DNA of 64,000 nucleotides from Planctomycetota bacterium (GCA_027021385.1 JALUUL010000079.1:5738-69737); one strand, 5' to 3'; counted from the first letter of the stretch, positions 18,386-27,622 are shown. Numbers and translations: made by a program. The notes: generated by a model from the sequence alone, not told the origin.

Positions 18386-19567
18386 TCAGTCGACCTCGAG
18401 GAGTTCGGGAAGGGCGTCGGGATCGATCGAGTCGCGGAGGTCATAGCAGGTCTCCTCGCTGTTCTTGGTCCGGAAGACCCCTTTCGTCTTGTCGGAATAG
18501 GCGAGCGCGAAGGTCCGGACCCCGCTGGAGAGGGCTGCGATCGTGGAGTGCATCCTCGTTCCGCAGAACCACGTGAAATGGGAGATGATCCATTTCAACT
18601 CGCCGGGGGAATAGGTCCGTGGAAGGCATGCGACCCGGGGGTCTCCTTGCAGGCCAAGATTCTCCAAGGCCTCGAGGCAGGCTCCTTCGTCGGACTCGTA
18701 ATGTCCAGGAGGGGTGAGGACATGAGGAACGAGGACGAGTCTTCTATCGCTCCTCTCGAGGATTTTTTCGATCAATCGATGAACGAGGGCGTGGTAGTTC
18801 GATCGCAGGCGGAACCTGGATTCGGCCGTTTCGGGATCGTTGTAGATGAGTCCGCTGATATTGAGGCCGTGGATCCGGGGGTTCCCCTCCTCGATCCATG
18901 AAGCAAGGTTTTCCGGAAGAGGAGCGAGGGGTTCGAGGGGGGGGAGTCGGAAGGCGAGATCCTCTCCGTTTCTCAGCCGTTCCTCCGGGGTTTCCGATCC
19001 GGCGAGGTTCTTAAGGATCTCGAAGCTGTATGGATCCCGGGCCCAGCATTCCCGGGCACCTTTCACGACGCTCGAGGCTCTGTTGCGGTTCTTCTCCTCC
19101 CGGAAGGGTCCGTAGGTCTGCGGGAGGAGAACCAGGGGGATTCCGATCCGAAGGAGGAACTCCTTCGGCTGCACGACGGATTCGAAGCGAAAGGACCCGT
19201 AGAGATCGGTGAAGCTGTCCCCGCCGCTGACGTCCATAGCGAGATCGAGGGATTCCAGGAGACGGAGGACCGGGTTGCCGAGCCCTCCGAGTCTGCGAGA
19301 CCAGCGGACGCGGAAATAGGAGTCGGGGCGGTGGATCTTCCTCGTGAGCTTCCATCCGATCCTGGAATAGACGTAGTCCCCGCCGGGCCGGCGGTATCGA
19401 TCCTCCCGGATTCCCGTTCCATAGTCGACGACGAAGATTTCGGGGTCCTCGAAACGGGAGAGGATGAACTCGATCGCGGAGTGGCAGAGAGCCGTGACCC
19501 CCATGTTCCCGGTGTCGGGGGGGGCTCCGAGGAGCAGGATCCTGGGACCTTCTCGTGTTCCTTCCAT
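18386..19567 (-). CDS. Polysaccharide pyruvyl transferase family protein
   Basis: RILLLGAPPDTGNMGVTAL at the N-terminus and FCGTRMHSTIAALSSGVRT near the C-terminus (WcaK/CsaB-type pattern). Confidence 0.75.
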   Translation of the reverse strand: MEGTREGPRILLLGAPPDTGNMGVTALCHSAIEFILSRFEDPEIFVVDYGTGIREDRYRRPGGDYVYSRIGWKLTRKIHRPDSYFRVRWSRRLGGLGNPVLRLLESLDLAMDVSGGDSFTDLYGSFRFESVVQPKEFLLRIGIPLVLLPQTYGPFREEKNRNRASSVVKGARECWARDPYSFEILKNLAGSETPEERLRNGEDLAFRLPPLEPLAPLPENLASWIEEGNPRIHGLNISGLIYNDPETAESRFRLRSNYHALVHRLIEKILERSDRRLVLVPHVLTPPGHYESDEGACLEALENLGLQGDPRVACLPRTYSPGELKWIISHFTWFCGTRMHSTIAALSSGVRTFALAYSDKTKGVFRTKNSEETCYDLRDSIDPDALPELLEVD

Positions 19568-19868
19568 GCCGCTTCGTATCCTGGGTCAGGTCTCCGTTCC
19601 AGCTCCGGAAGTCCGGGGTTCCCTCCAGGGGGATGCCTTCCGGGAGCCCCCTGGGTCTGGCCCTTCGATTCTTTTGGCCGTTCCTCCAGCTGGACGGAGG
19701 AGGCCCGCTTCCCGTATTCGGCATTCGGGGGTTCGAGCCCGAAGTCTATCCATGGGTCATGGAGAATCCTCATCTTCCCCTGGTGCCGGCGTTTCGCGCC
19801 CGGTCGTCGGTACGGGGCGCCCTTTGGAGAAGGCTGGGATCGTGGGGAATCGGGGGTAGAACAGGGGC

Positions 19869-20315
19869 ATGGGAGTGTCGAAGCAGACGGTGGCCTGGAC
19901 GGACGGGGCCTGCAGCGGAAACCCGGGGCCGGGCGGTTGGGGGGTCTTCCTTGTGGAGGGGGGCAAGCCGCGGGAGCTGTGCGGAGGGGAGTCCTCCACG
20001 ACGAACAACCGGATGGAGCTTCTGGCCGCGATCCGCGCTCTGGAGGCGGTGCCCGAGGGGGCTTCGATCGAGATCCGGACCGACAGCGAATACCTGCGCA
20101 AGGGCATCACCGAGTGGATGCGGGCCTGGAAGCGGAACGGCTGGAAGACCGCCGCGCGGAAACCGGTCAAGAACCGGGACCTGTGGGAATGTCTCGACGC
20201 CCTCGCCTCTCGCCGGAGCGTTCGGTGGTCCTGGGTTCGCGGGCACGCGGGAGATCCCGGGAACGAGGCGGCCGATGCCCTCGCCAACCGTGGTATGCGG
20301 CCGTTCAGGAGGTGA
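19869..20315 (+). CDS. rnhA: Ribonuclease HI
   Basis: [19 protein letters not shown]...[16 protein letters not shown]...IRTDSEYL...W.KNGWKT...VKNRDLW...[15 protein letters not shown]. Confidence 0.92.
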   Translation: MGVSKQTVAWTDGACSGNPGPGGWGVFLVEGGKPRELCGGESSTTNNRMELLAAIRALEAVPEGASIEIRTDSEYLRKGITEWMRAWKRNGWKTAARKPVKNRDLWECLDALASRRSVRWSWVRGHAGDPGNEAADALANRGMRPFRR

Positions 20316-20321
20316 GGGGTC

Positions 20322-21086
20322 TTGTCCGAAGCGGATAGGGAAACGGGGCCGGGGATCCTCCTCGTGCCGACTCCGATCGAGATCGCCGCGATCTTTGGAT
20401 CGGCGGTTGCGGAGGAAGCCCGGCAAGGGCGGGGGGCCTATCGGGGGGTTCCTCTCCGGTGCTCGGGGATGGGAGTCGTCGAGGCCGCCGCCCGAACGGC
20501 CTTCCTGCTTCGGGAGATCCGGAGTCCTGCGGAATCGGGCGCTGCTCCCCCTTCGTCGGGGGAGGTCTGGCTGCTCGGATGCGCCGGAGCGTTGGATCCC
20601 GATCTTCGTGCCGGCGACCTGCTCCTGGGAGAGGCCTGCGTGATCGCCGGGCTCGGGCTCGGAAAAGGGGAAAGAGGGATGGAGGCCTTCCTCTCGCCCG
20701 GAGCGGGCGGCGGAGACCGCGATCTCGGTCCGGCCCCGCCGGTCCGGCAGGAACTTCTCGTTCCTCCCCGCGGGCTCGAAGGAGCGGCCGGATCGGCCGC
20801 GATCGAGTCCGGGGTCCTCCTCACCGTTTGCGCCTGCAGCGAGGATGCGGCGCAGGCGGAAGACCGCCGGCGGGCCTTCCCCGAGGCCCTTTCCGAGGAC
20901 ATGGAAACCTGGGCGGTGGCGAGAGCCGCCTGTCTCGCGGGGTTCCGAACCTTCTGCCTCCGCGCGGTCTCGAACCGATGCGGGGATCGGGACCGGGAGA
21001 ACTGGAATATGGAAGCGGCGGGCCGGGCCTTGCGGGAGGGGCTGGACCGAATGCTCGATTCCCTCGATGCGGAGGAGAACGGGTGA
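20322..21086 (+). CDS. mqnB: Futalosine hydrolase (PNP_UDP_1 nucleosidase fold)
   Basis: ILLVPTPIE, GMGVVEAAA, LLGCAGALDPDLRAGDLLL, EDMETWAVARAA...LRAVSNRCGDRDRENW. It is translationally coupled to mqnD. Confidence 0.7.
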   Translation: MSEADRETGPGILLVPTPIEIAAIFGSAVAEEARQGRGAYRGVPLRCSGMGVVEAAARTAFLLREIRSPAESGAAPPSSGEVWLLGCAGALDPDLRAGDLLLGEACVIAGLGLGKGERGMEAFLSPGAGGGDRDLGPAPPVRQELLVPPRGLEGAAGSAAIESGVLLTVCACSEDAAQAEDRRRAFPEALSEDMETWAVARAACLAGFRTFCLRAVSNRCGDRDRENWNMEAAGRALREGLDRMLDSLDAEENG

Positions 21087-21922
21087 CCGGTCCGGGAGGG
21101 GGTGACGGGGGGCGGCGCCTGCGGCTCGGGATCTCGCCCTGCCCGAACGACACCTTCGCCTTCGCGGCGATCCTGGAGGGGAAGGTTCGAGAGCCGCGAT
21201 TCGAGATCACCCTGGCCGACATCGAGGTCCTGAACGAAGGGCTCATGCGAGGGGAGTTCGACATCGCGAAGGCGAGTTTCCATGCGGCCTTCCTTCTCGA
21301 GGACAGCTACGAGATCCTCCCGGTCGGGGCGGCGATGGGATTCGGAGTCGGCCCGCTCCTGCTCGCGCGCGATCCTGACTTGGCGGGGAGGGATCCGGGG
21401 CCGGGGGACCGGGTCCTCTGTCCCGGACGATGGACGACGGCGACTCTGCTGTATCGGCTCTTCGTTCCCGAAGGCCCGCCTCCCGCGTTCCGGATCTTCT
21501 CGGAGATCATGCCGGCTCTCTCTTCCGGGGAGGCGGAGTACGGGGTCGTCATCCACGAGGGCAGGTTCACCTTCGAGGACAGGGGGCTCCGGCTCGCCGT
21601 CGACCTCGGAGCCCGCTGGGAGGCGGAGACTAGGTGCCCTCTACCCCTGGGCGGATTGCTCGGGCGCCGTTCTCTGGGTTCCGCCCGCCTCGAGCGTGTG
21701 ACGGGGGCCATCCGGGAGTCCCTGCGGATCGCGCGCGAAGACCCGCGATCCGCGCTGCCCGTGATGCTCCGTCATGCCCAGGAGTTGACCCCCGAGGTCT
21801 GCCGGAAGCATGTCGATCTCTATGTGAACGAGAGGACCCTGGATCTCGGTCCGGAGGGTCGTCGCGCCCTCGAGACCTTGCGGGCGAAGGTCCGGGAAGC
21901 GGGTCTCGTTCCGGAGGATTGA
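21083..21922 (+). CDS. mqnD: 1,4-dihydroxy-6-naphthoate synthase (futalosine pathway)
   Basis: LRLGISPCPNDTFAFAAILEGK...ADIEVLNEGLMRGEFDIAKASFHA. The start is re-called as GTG at 21083, overlapping the mqnB TGA (GTGA). The track start at 20459 is an over-extension. Confidence 0.8.
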   Translation: MTGPGGGDGGRRLRLGISPCPNDTFAFAAILEGKVREPRFEITLADIEVLNEGLMRGEFDIAKASFHAAFLLEDSYEILPVGAAMGFGVGPLLLARDPDLAGRDPGPGDRVLCPGRWTTATLLYRLFVPEGPPPAFRIFSEIMPALSSGEAEYGVVIHEGRFTFEDRGLRLAVDLGARWEAETRCPLPLGGLLGRRSLGSARLERVTGAIRESLRIAREDPRSALPVMLRHAQELTPEVCRKHVDLYVNERTLDLGPEGRRALETLRAKVREAGLVPED

Positions 21923-21938
21923 CCGGGCCCGCGGCCTT

Positions 21939-23360
21939 TCAGGGGCGGAAGACCGCCAGCGAGAGGCCTCGACTCGCCGCGAAGCCCAGGGAGCCGAGCT
22001 TGTCCAGAACGAGGAACTGGAGGTCGAGGGGACTGTTTCCGGCGCCGATCGAGACGGGGAACGAGAGATCCATGCGGAAGGCGCCGCCTCGATCGGTCGA
22101 GCCCGCGGGGAGGACGAGGGCGGAACGAGGGTCGACGAGTATCGTGAGTTCCCGCAGCTTGAGGGACGCCTTCGAGGTCCCGAGCAGGAGGAAGAGGGGG
22201 GCTTGGGGATGCGCCTTGCGTAGATCCAGGCGGAGGATCCGTCCCGCGGCGCTCGATCCCTCGAAGTCCAGTTCCGGGACGAGGTCCTCGTATCCGGGGG
22301 TTCCGACTCCGTAGAGTCTTCGATCGGTCGAACTCTCCAGGATGAAAAGTCCGCGGTCGAGATCCGCGAGGAAGATCCGTCCGCTCACCGGGTCCCGCCG
22401 AACCGCCGAGGCGCCGTGACGCCCTCCGCTGGCTCCGGGAAAGGTGTCGTAGGAGGCGATCTCCGTCGGGCGGTCGGGACGGAGGAGATCGAAGATCCTG
22501 AGGCCCTCCGTTCCCCAGGCCGTGAAGGCCAGCCCCTTTCTCGCCTCGACTCCGAAGGCGAGGCCCTTGGACGAACTCGCGGCCCGGGTTCGGCCGAGGA
22601 GTTTCGGCGCTTTCGGCTGGGAGAGATCGTAGATCGCCAGATCCCCTCCGGCGGGATGGTCCTCGACGACCAGCAGGTGTCCCGAATCGTCCAGAGAGAA
22701 GGAGCGGGGGAAAGCCAGGGGGGTCCGGACGGAGACTCTTTTTGTCAGGAGGGGGAACCGTGTGAGGTCCAGGCGGGTCCAGGTCCCGGCGAAGGGTTCG
22801 GCGAGTTCCGCCGTGTCTCCATGGACGAGGAGGTCGGCGACCCAGGGGCCCTTCCAGGCCGCGGCGAGGATCGGGTTCGAGGGCTGCCGCCGGATGTCGA
22901 GGACCAGGAGTCCTCGATCCGTGCCGAAGACCCAGAGGTGCCGGCCGTCAGGGGAGACGCGGAGCCCGTGCGCCCATTTCCAGAGATTCCCGTTCCAGGA
23001 CTTGACGAGCTTGGGGCGCAGGGGCGAGGAAAGGTCCAGGATGCGGAGGCCCGGTCCGCCTTCGCTCGCGACGTAGAGGTACTTTCCCGCCCGGGCGACC
23101 CGGCGCCAATCGGTTCGCGGTCCGGGGAAGAACCCCGTCTCCTTCGGGGAACCCGGGACCCGGCAGTCGACGACGGAGGTTCCGGCGGATGTCGCCAGGA
23201 CCGCGAAGGACCCTCCCGAGGCGTCGGAGACGAGCGCCAGGTCGAGGACGCCTCCTCGGGTCGTGAAGGCTCCGAGGAGGCGGGTGTTCCGGGCGGTCTG
23301 CGCGGGAAGGGGAATCCCCGCGAGCAGGACGAGCGCGGCGACGTGGAGAGGGGTCCGCAT
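21939..23360 (-). CDS. Secreted LVIVD-repeat beta-propeller protein (diverged choice-of-anchor-B-like paralog) with C-terminal module
   Basis: Signal peptide MRTPLHVAALVLLAGIPLPAQT. Repeated short-strand motifs are present: GLRILDLS, GLLVLDI, LAIYDLS, GLRIFDL, GLFILE. The C-terminal 125 aa align with those of 23415..24860. Confidence 0.65.
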   Translation of the reverse strand: MRTPLHVAALVLLAGIPLPAQTARNTRLLGAFTTRGGVLDLALVSDASGGSFAVLATSAGTSVVDCRVPGSPKETGFFPGPRTDWRRVARAGKYLYVASEGGPGLRILDLSSPLRPKLVKSWNGNLWKWAHGLRVSPDGRHLWVFGTDRGLLVLDIRRQPSNPILAAAWKGPWVADLLVHGDTAELAEPFAGTWTRLDLTRFPLLTKRVSVRTPLAFPRSFSLDDSGHLLVVEDHPAGGDLAIYDLSQPKAPKLLGRTRAASSSKGLAFGVEARKGLAFTAWGTEGLRIFDLLRPDRPTEIASYDTFPGASGGRHGASAVRRDPVSGRIFLADLDRGLFILESSTDRRLYGVGTPGYEDLVPELDFEGSSAAGRILRLDLRKAHPQAPLFLLLGTSKASLKLRELTILVDPRSALVLPAGSTDRGGAFRMDLSFPVSIGAGNSPLDLQFLVLDKLGSLGFAASRGLSLAVFRP

Positions 23361-23414
23361 CGGGACCAGCTTACCAGGGAACGGGAGCCGTCGCGGCCCC
23401 CTCCATCTGGGACT

Positions 23415-24860
23415 TCAGGGGCGGATGAAACCCAATTGCAGTCCCCGGCTTCCGGTCAGTCCCGAAGGATGACTCGAGTTGAGCTGGAACCACTGTGCAT
23501 ACACGTAGGCCCCGACGAGATTCGAATCGTTCGGAACCGGGAGCGGGACCTTCGCTTTCGAGAGGGCGGAGGTGACCGGGAGGATCAGGGGGGGGATCGC
23601 TGCGAGATCGACGTTCAAGGTCAACCCCTTCACGGTCACGTTCGCGGCCCTGCCTCCGATCACGAGGAGAGAAAGGGCCCGGGGGACGAGGTTTTCCGCC
23701 TCGATGGCGAAGAAACGGTTTCCGAGGTACGGAGCCCCGAACTGGTGGATCTCGGGGGCCGGCTTGGTCGCCGAGGGGGGCGTCGCCTTGCCGTAGAGCT
23801 TTCCGGTCCCGATCATCTTGACGATGTAGAGGCCGGAGGTGATGTCGCTGACGAAGACGTTGCCCGAGGGATTCAGGGCGTAGACTCCCCAGTCCCCGTT
23901 GTAGCCCGAGCTGTACCCGCTCCAGGTGTCATAGAAGCCGACCTCCCGGGGGGAGGAGGGGTTGCTGATGTCGACGAAGCGGACACCCTCGGTGTAGTAG
24001 GAGATGTAGGCGATGCGGTCCCGGATCAGGACGTTGTGGGGGATCGCCCGCGGGGCGGTTCGCGGATTGGCCTGGTACTTCGCGATCAGCTTCGGCGCCT
24101 TCTTGTTCGAGATGTCGAAGATCCCGACCGGCCCTGCGGAGGCCTCGTTCGTCGTCATGCAATACCGGTCGTCCCGAGTGGCCCAGGTGTTGTGGCAATA
24201 CCTGATCCCCGGCGCCTTGGCGGAACCGAGTGTCGTGAGGAGGGGGAGTTTACTGACGTCGAGGATCTTGTAGCGGTTCAGATAGATCTCGGCCAGATGG
24301 GCGAAGCCGTTCTGGACGTGGAGATCGTGGGCATAGGGGCCGCGATAGGTCGTCAGATGCTTGGGGTTCGCGGGGTTGGTCTTGAGGTCCGCGATGACGA
24401 TGCCGACGTTCGTGCCGGTGAGGTAGGCGATTCCCGTGTCTGTGTCGATCGCGAGGTTGTGGCAGTTCCTGTAGATCGTTTTTCCCCACCCCGAGTTGAC
24501 CATTCTCGGGGTAGCGGGCTTGCTCATGTCGATGATCCACATGCCTTGGTAACCGGCTTCGGTCACGACGTAGACGTAGTTCTTCCAGGTCTTGATGTCT
24601 CTCCAGGTCGAGTTGGCTCCTCGGAAGAAGGCGACGAGTTTGGGTTTGGGGCGGACCGAGGTGTCGTAGATGGCCAGCCCGTTGTAGACGCCCAGGAGGG
24701 CGTACTCGGTGCCGTTGGGAGCGGTGTATCCCCAGACGTCGCTGAATCGCGCGAAGTCCTTGGCCCTTCCCGCCAGGCCAGTGTTCTTCGAGCCTTGCGC
24801 GATCACGGGAGCGGAGAGAAGGAAAGACAGACCGAGAAGAAGGAGGGGTTGGTGTTTCAT
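23415..24860 (-). CDS. Secreted choice-of-anchor-B / LVIVD-repeat family protein with C-terminal module
   Basis: Signal peptide MKHQPLLLLGLSFLLSAPVIAQG. Also SDVWGYTAPNGTEYALLG, WRDIKTWKNYVYVVTE, GMWIIDMS, VGIFDIS, GVRFVDIS, GLYIVK. Confidence 0.75.
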   Translation of the reverse strand: MKHQPLLLLGLSFLLSAPVIAQGSKNTGLAGRAKDFARFSDVWGYTAPNGTEYALLGVYNGLAIYDTSVRPKPKLVAFFRGANSTWRDIKTWKNYVYVVTEAGYQGMWIIDMSKPATPRMVNSGWGKTIYRNCHNLAIDTDTGIAYLTGTNVGIVIADLKTNPANPKHLTTYRGPYAHDLHVQNGFAHLAEIYLNRYKILDVSKLPLLTTLGSAKAPGIRYCHNTWATRDDRYCMTTNEASAGPVGIFDISNKKAPKLIAKYQANPRTAPRAIPHNVLIRDRIAYISYYTEGVRFVDISNPSSPREVGFYDTWSGYSSGYNGDWGVYALNPSGNVFVSDITSGLYIVKMIGTGKLYGKATPPSATKPAPEIHQFGAPYLGNRFFAIEAENLVPRALSLLVIGGRAANVTVKGLTLNVDLAAIPPLILPVTSALSKAKVPLPVPNDSNLVGAYVYAQWFQLNSSHPSGLTGSRGLQLGFIRP

Positions 24861-25028
24861 GATGGAGTTCTCGATGAGGGGAAGGGGAAGATTGCGGGTC
24901 TAGGGAAGGGTCTGAAGGTCCGGACATCTGATCATAACGCAACGCAACTGCAATAGAATAGCCTTTCCAGGCCTATGGGGGCTTGTAGGGCAGGAAGAGG
25001 TTCCCGCCGGGGAAGGGCCGGTTCGGTC

Positions 25029-26333
25029 CTACCTTTCCCGGCGCGTCCTCTTGCCGGAGCGGCCGGCCGAATCGGCGCGCGGGTCCTCGAAATCGGAGAG
25101 ATCCGCCTCCCGGATCTCGAGCTTCCCTCGGCGGATGAACTCCTCGAAGATCTTCTTCTTCCTGGGGGTCACGAAGGTTAGGGCCTTGCCCGAGGCTCCG
25201 GCCCTCCCCGTGCGCCCGATCCGATGGAAATAGGTCTCCAGGGTGCGGGGCACCGAGTAGTTCAGGACTTGGGTGACATGGGTGATGTCGAGGCCCCGGG
25301 CCGCGACGTCCGTCGCGATCAAGGCCCGGACCTTCCCGGTTCGGAAATGGTCCATGACCCGGCGGCGGACCGCCTGTTCGTAGCCCCCGTGGAGGGAGAA
25401 GACCGGGAACGGGAGCCTCTTGCAACGCTTGTAGAGCCGTTCGACCTCGAGTCGCGACTCGCAGAAGACCAGGAAGACGTCTGCGGGATGGGCGTGGAGC
25501 ACCCGTTCGAGAGCCTCGGGGCGATCCTCCGCATGGACATGCAGGAAGGCCTGCTCGATGGATTTGGCGGCGGCCGCCTTCTTCGTCGCCCCCATCGTCA
25601 TCGGGTTCTTCAGATACTTCCTCGCGATCTCCATCAGGGGAGCCGGAAAGGTCGCCGAGAAGAGCATCGTCTGCTTCTCCTTCGGCGTGGCTTCGAGGAT
25701 GGCCGTCACCTCGTCGATGAAGCCGATCTCGAGCATCTCGTCCGCCTCGTCCAGGACCGCGAACTCCACCCAGCCGAGCTGCAGCCATTTCTCCTTGACG
25801 AGATCCAGAATCCGTCCGGGCGTTCCGACGACGATCTGGCAGCCCTTCTGGAGCTGCTTGATCTGCGCGCCCATCGGTTCTCCTCCCACGACCAGGGCGA
25901 CCCTGAGGGGTTTGTAGGCGCAGAGTTCCGTTAGGACCTCCGCGACCTGGGCCGCGAGTTCCCTCGTGGGGCAGAGGACGAGGGCGAGGACCGCGACGCG
26001 GCCCTCCTCGATCCGGTCGACGAGTGGGGCTCCGAAAGCCACGGTTTTTCCCGAACCCGTTTCCGCACGTCCGACCAGGTCCCTCCCCTCGAGAGCCTGG
26101 GGGATCGCGAGAGCCTGGATCTCCGTCGGCTTCTCGAAGCCCATGTCGTCGAGGGCGTCGAGAAGGTCCTCGGAGAGCCCCATGTCCTCGAAGGAATCGA
26201 CCGCTTTGTCGGGAGACAGGTCCTCCCAGTCTTCCGGAAGATCGAGATCCTTCTTCCCCGAGGGCTGGGAGCTGCGGCGTTTCGTGGAGGGGGCGGATCG
26301 GCGTTTGCGGGAGGTTCCGGAGGACTGTGCCAT
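25029..26333 (-). CDS. DEAD-box ATP-dependent RNA helicase
   Basis: Q-motif FEDMGL...PTEIQ, motif I AETGSGKT, motif II VLDEADEML, SAT, HGG...R. Basic tails at both ends. I chose the ATG at 26333; the track start at 26423 is a TTG. Confidence 0.9.
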   Translation of the reverse strand: MAQSSGTSRKRRSAPSTKRRSSQPSGKKDLDLPEDWEDLSPDKAVDSFEDMGLSEDLLDALDDMGFEKPTEIQALAIPQALEGRDLVGRAETGSGKTVAFGAPLVDRIEEGRVAVLALVLCPTRELAAQVAEVLTELCAYKPLRVALVVGGEPMGAQIKQLQKGCQIVVGTPGRILDLVKEKWLQLGWVEFAVLDEADEMLEIGFIDEVTAILEATPKEKQTMLFSATFPAPLMEIARKYLKNPMTMGATKKAAAAKSIEQAFLHVHAEDRPEALERVLHAHPADVFLVFCESRLEVERLYKRCKRLPFPVFSLHGGYEQAVRRRVMDHFRTGKVRALIATDVAARGLDITHVTQVLNYSVPRTLETYFHRIGRTGRAGASGKALTFVTPRKKKIFEEFIRRGKLEIREADLSDFEDPRADSAGRSGKRTRRER

Positions 26334-26703
26334 GGGTGCGGGGGACCGTCCTCGAAAGGGGACGGAGATCGTTCGGTACGGATCGGAGGAAAAAGGGTCG
26401 GAGCCCTGGCTCCGGGGAAACAATCGGAAGTCCGAGAATAGCCTCTACGGGCGGGGGAGGCGACGGCGGAGATGCGAAAGGAGCCGGCCCTTCGGAAGCC
26501 TCCGTTCACGAGGGGGGAGGGAGAGGGGTTCGAGGAAGTAGGAACAAGCGAGTGGGGAGATCTCCCGGTTCCAGCCTTGCGGGAGGGAAGGGATTTTCCT
26601 AGGATTCTCCGCCCTTTCTTTCCGGGGCTCTGCGGAACGGCGGCGTGAGGCGGATCCCCTCGAGGTCCATGCCCTGAAGGGGGCGATCCAACGGAGACCG
26701 AAG

Positions 26704-27429
26704 ATGAGTGAAGGCTTGTTGGGGCGGAAGCTGGGGATGACCCAGTTGTTCGAAGAAGACGGGACCGTCGTCCCGGTGACCGTGATCGAGGCGGGGCCCT
26801 GCCGGGTTCTCCAGGTCAAGGTCAAGGAGATCTCGGAACTACCGGAAGAGCATCGGACCGTGTCCGAGAACCGGGGGAAGCGGAGCGGGCGCCTCGAGCG
26901 CAGGCGAAGGCCCGACGGGTACTACGCCGTGCAGTTGGGTTTCGCCGAACGCCCCGCCCGGACCTCGTCGAAACCCGCCTCGGGTCACGCGGCCAAGGCC
27001 GGGGTTCCCGAGGGAAAGAGTTATTACTTCGTCCGCGAGATCCGTTGGGACCGCCTCCCTCCCTACACCCAAGGTCAGGACGTCGATCTGTCGGCCCTCG
27101 CGGAGGTCAAGAAGGTCGACGTGACCGGGACGACGAAGGGACGGGGCTGGACCGGGACGATCAAGCGCTGGAACTTCCGCCGCCAGCCGATGAGTCACGG
27201 GACGAAAAAGGTGCACCGGCGTACGGGCGGGACGGGCCGGACCTACAGCACGGCCAAGGGCATGCCGAAGGGCAAGAAGATGGCCGGCCAGTACGGTGTG
27301 GAGAGAGTGACGACCGTGGGGCTCGAAGTCGTCCGCATCGACACCGAACGGAACCTCCTTCTGGTCAAGGGGGCGATCCCCGGGCCGAACAGGGGTTTCG
27401 TGATCATCAGGAAGAGCAATCGGCGCTGA
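26704..27429 (+). CDS. rplC: 50S ribosomal protein L3 (stand-alone, with internal insertion)
   Basis: GLLGRKLGMTQLFEEDGTVVPVTVIE, VDVTGTTKGRGWTGTIKRWNF, GKKMAGQYGVERVTTVGLEVVRIDTERNLLLVKGAIPG. No rpsJ lies upstream and no rplD downstream. Confidence 0.92.
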   Translation: MSEGLLGRKLGMTQLFEEDGTVVPVTVIEAGPCRVLQVKVKEISELPEEHRTVSENRGKRSGRLERRRRPDGYYAVQLGFAERPARTSSKPASGHAAKAGVPEGKSYYFVREIRWDRLPPYTQGQDVDLSALAEVKKVDVTGTTKGRGWTGTIKRWNFRRQPMSHGTKKVHRRTGGTGRTYSTAKGMPKGKKMAGQYGVERVTTVGLEVVRIDTERNLLLVKGAIPGPNRGFVIIRKSNRR

Positions 27430-27451
27430 GCGCCGGAGGAGCGCGATTACC

Positions 27452-27601
27452 ATGGCGAAGGCCCGAATCATGGCTCGTGGGTGCACCCGCAGCAGACTCC
27501 GGCGGAAGATGTTGGGCAAAGGATGCTCGACCCGGAACCGCAAGGTCGCGAAACGCCTGCCCAAGCGCGTGCACATCAAGTTTCCGACGGACGTTTCCTG
27601 A
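27452..27601 (+). CDS. Possible small basic protein (49 aa), not in the ORF track
   Basis: MAKARIMARGCTRSRLRRKMLGKGCSTRNRKVAKRLPKRVHIKFPTDVS. GGAGGA lies 11 nt upstream. Third codon positions are mostly G/C. The ORF fills the rplC-flavoprotein gap, leaving 22 and 21 nt spacers. Confidence 0.3.
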   Translation: MAKARIMARGCTRSRLRRKMLGKGCSTRNRKVAKRLPKRVHIKFPTDVS

Positions 27602-27622
27602 ACTTCCTGCGGCCGGAAGGCC

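Noticed and set aside
19721-19750. tRNA-like T-arm (tcggg-ggttcgagc-cccga) in the 300-bp gap between the pyruvyl transferase gene and rnhA
   Set aside because: The loop is 9 nt rather than 7. No complementary acceptor stem, D-arm or anticodon arm can be drawn upstream. The downstream sequence does not give a 7-bp acceptor plus discriminator. It is probably a chance GTTCGAGCC. The gap (19568..19868) otherwise shows no feature I can support.
22416-24956. 846-aa ORF on the plus strand
   Set aside because: It is antisense to the two LVIVD/choice-of-anchor-B genes and has no recognisable motif.
24861-25028. A/T-richer patch with aacgcaacgcaac repeat and TAGAAT/TATGAT-like hexamers upstream of the LVIVD gene
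   Set aside because: The hexamer spacing does not fit a sigma-70 -35/-10 pair on the strand of the downstream gene. It is too weak to call a promoter without transcript data.
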